From: an uncultured Candidatus Bathyarchaeia archaeon
GTDB taxonomy: Archaea; Thermoproteota; Bathyarchaeia; Bathyarchaeales; Bathycorpusculaceae
Assembly: GCA_964434745.1 (NCBI GenBank)
Contig: CAYSWL010000006.1
Span: forward strand, 6,700 to 46,699
Direction: 5' to 3'
DNA: 40,000 nucleotides
The notes beneath the pieces are model-generated. The model made no database searches, was not told the origin of the DNA, and saw only the letters and a list, made by a program, of their open reading frames with translations. Below, piece by piece: positions 39,773 through 40,000 of the stretch. How positions within the stretch are numbered: the first letter of the stretch is position 1; each line of letters begins with the position of its first letter. The position numbers and the translations under genes were made by a program.

Positions 39773-40000
39773 ATTGTTGATAAAAAGGTCAAGCTAATAG
39801 CAATTGCTTTACTTTCGCTTTTGCTTTTCCCAAGTTTAGTCGCTGCTGTAGCAACAAAATCAAATCAACCTCCAACTATGCCTTCGTTTGACCCCTTCAA
39901 AGCTTATTACCCTAGCAACAGAACTGAAATAATTGCAGCAAGAAATATAACTGATGCACAACTTAGACTGCCAAAGCTAGCACCTAACGGCACATTAATC
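39773..40000 (+). CDS. secreted protein, 3' end outside the window; start codon uncertain
   Basis: An open frame runs from the stop at 39755 to the window end and encodes KVKLIAIALLSLLLFPSLVAAVATKSNQPP..., a signal-peptide-like sequence. GGAGGTGA lies at 39761..39768. No ATG/GTG/TTG is available in frame near the RBS; ATT at 39773 is the only candidate. Confidence 0.35.
   Translation, partial: MVDKKVKLIAIALLSLLLFPSLVAAVATKSNQPPTMPSFDPFKAYYPSNRTEIIAARNITDAQLRLPKLAPNGTLI

Overview
This is an AT-rich, densely coding archaeal chromosomal segment. Archaeal markers include Orc1/Cdc6, a class I CCA-adding enzyme, a short archaeal TIM, the UPF0200/UPF0201 pair, RNase Z and Trm11/TrmG10. All protein calls come from motif recognition by eye on the supplied ORF translations; no database search was run. 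Bases 1-28.6 kb hold ordinary housekeeping genes: a metY-metX-metW operon plus cysK with an HTH-CBS regulator, class II-type HMG-CoA reductase, an RNA-end-processing neighbourhood, membrane channel proteins, a GalT-like/debranching enzyme/TreZ cluster, DUF89, tpiA and prs. The outstanding feature is a 9.3 kb self-synthesizing transposon of the casposon type at 28948-38293. It is bounded by 313-bp inverted repeats that differ at a single position. It encodes a stand-alone Cas1 (casposase) with no CRISPR array or cas2 in the window, and a family B DNA polymerase with complete Exo and Pol motifs. It also encodes two HTH/wHTH proteins around a dyad-symmetric divergent control region whose GGGCATA core recurs inside the inverted repeats. 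The left half is an unusual cargo module of three secreted or membrane-anchored proteins, including a LamG-like plus gingipain/C25-like putative cysteine peptidase co-transcribed with a PepSY-repeat protein. The architecture fits family-1, thaumarchaeal-type casposons, which suggests but does not prove a Nitrososphaeria host. I found no convincing target-site duplication. The insertion is intergenic rather than at a tRNA or aEF-2 3' end. A ~58-bp sequence just outside the right end is repeated inside the element downstream of polB. No tRNA, rRNA or CRISPR array was recognised.
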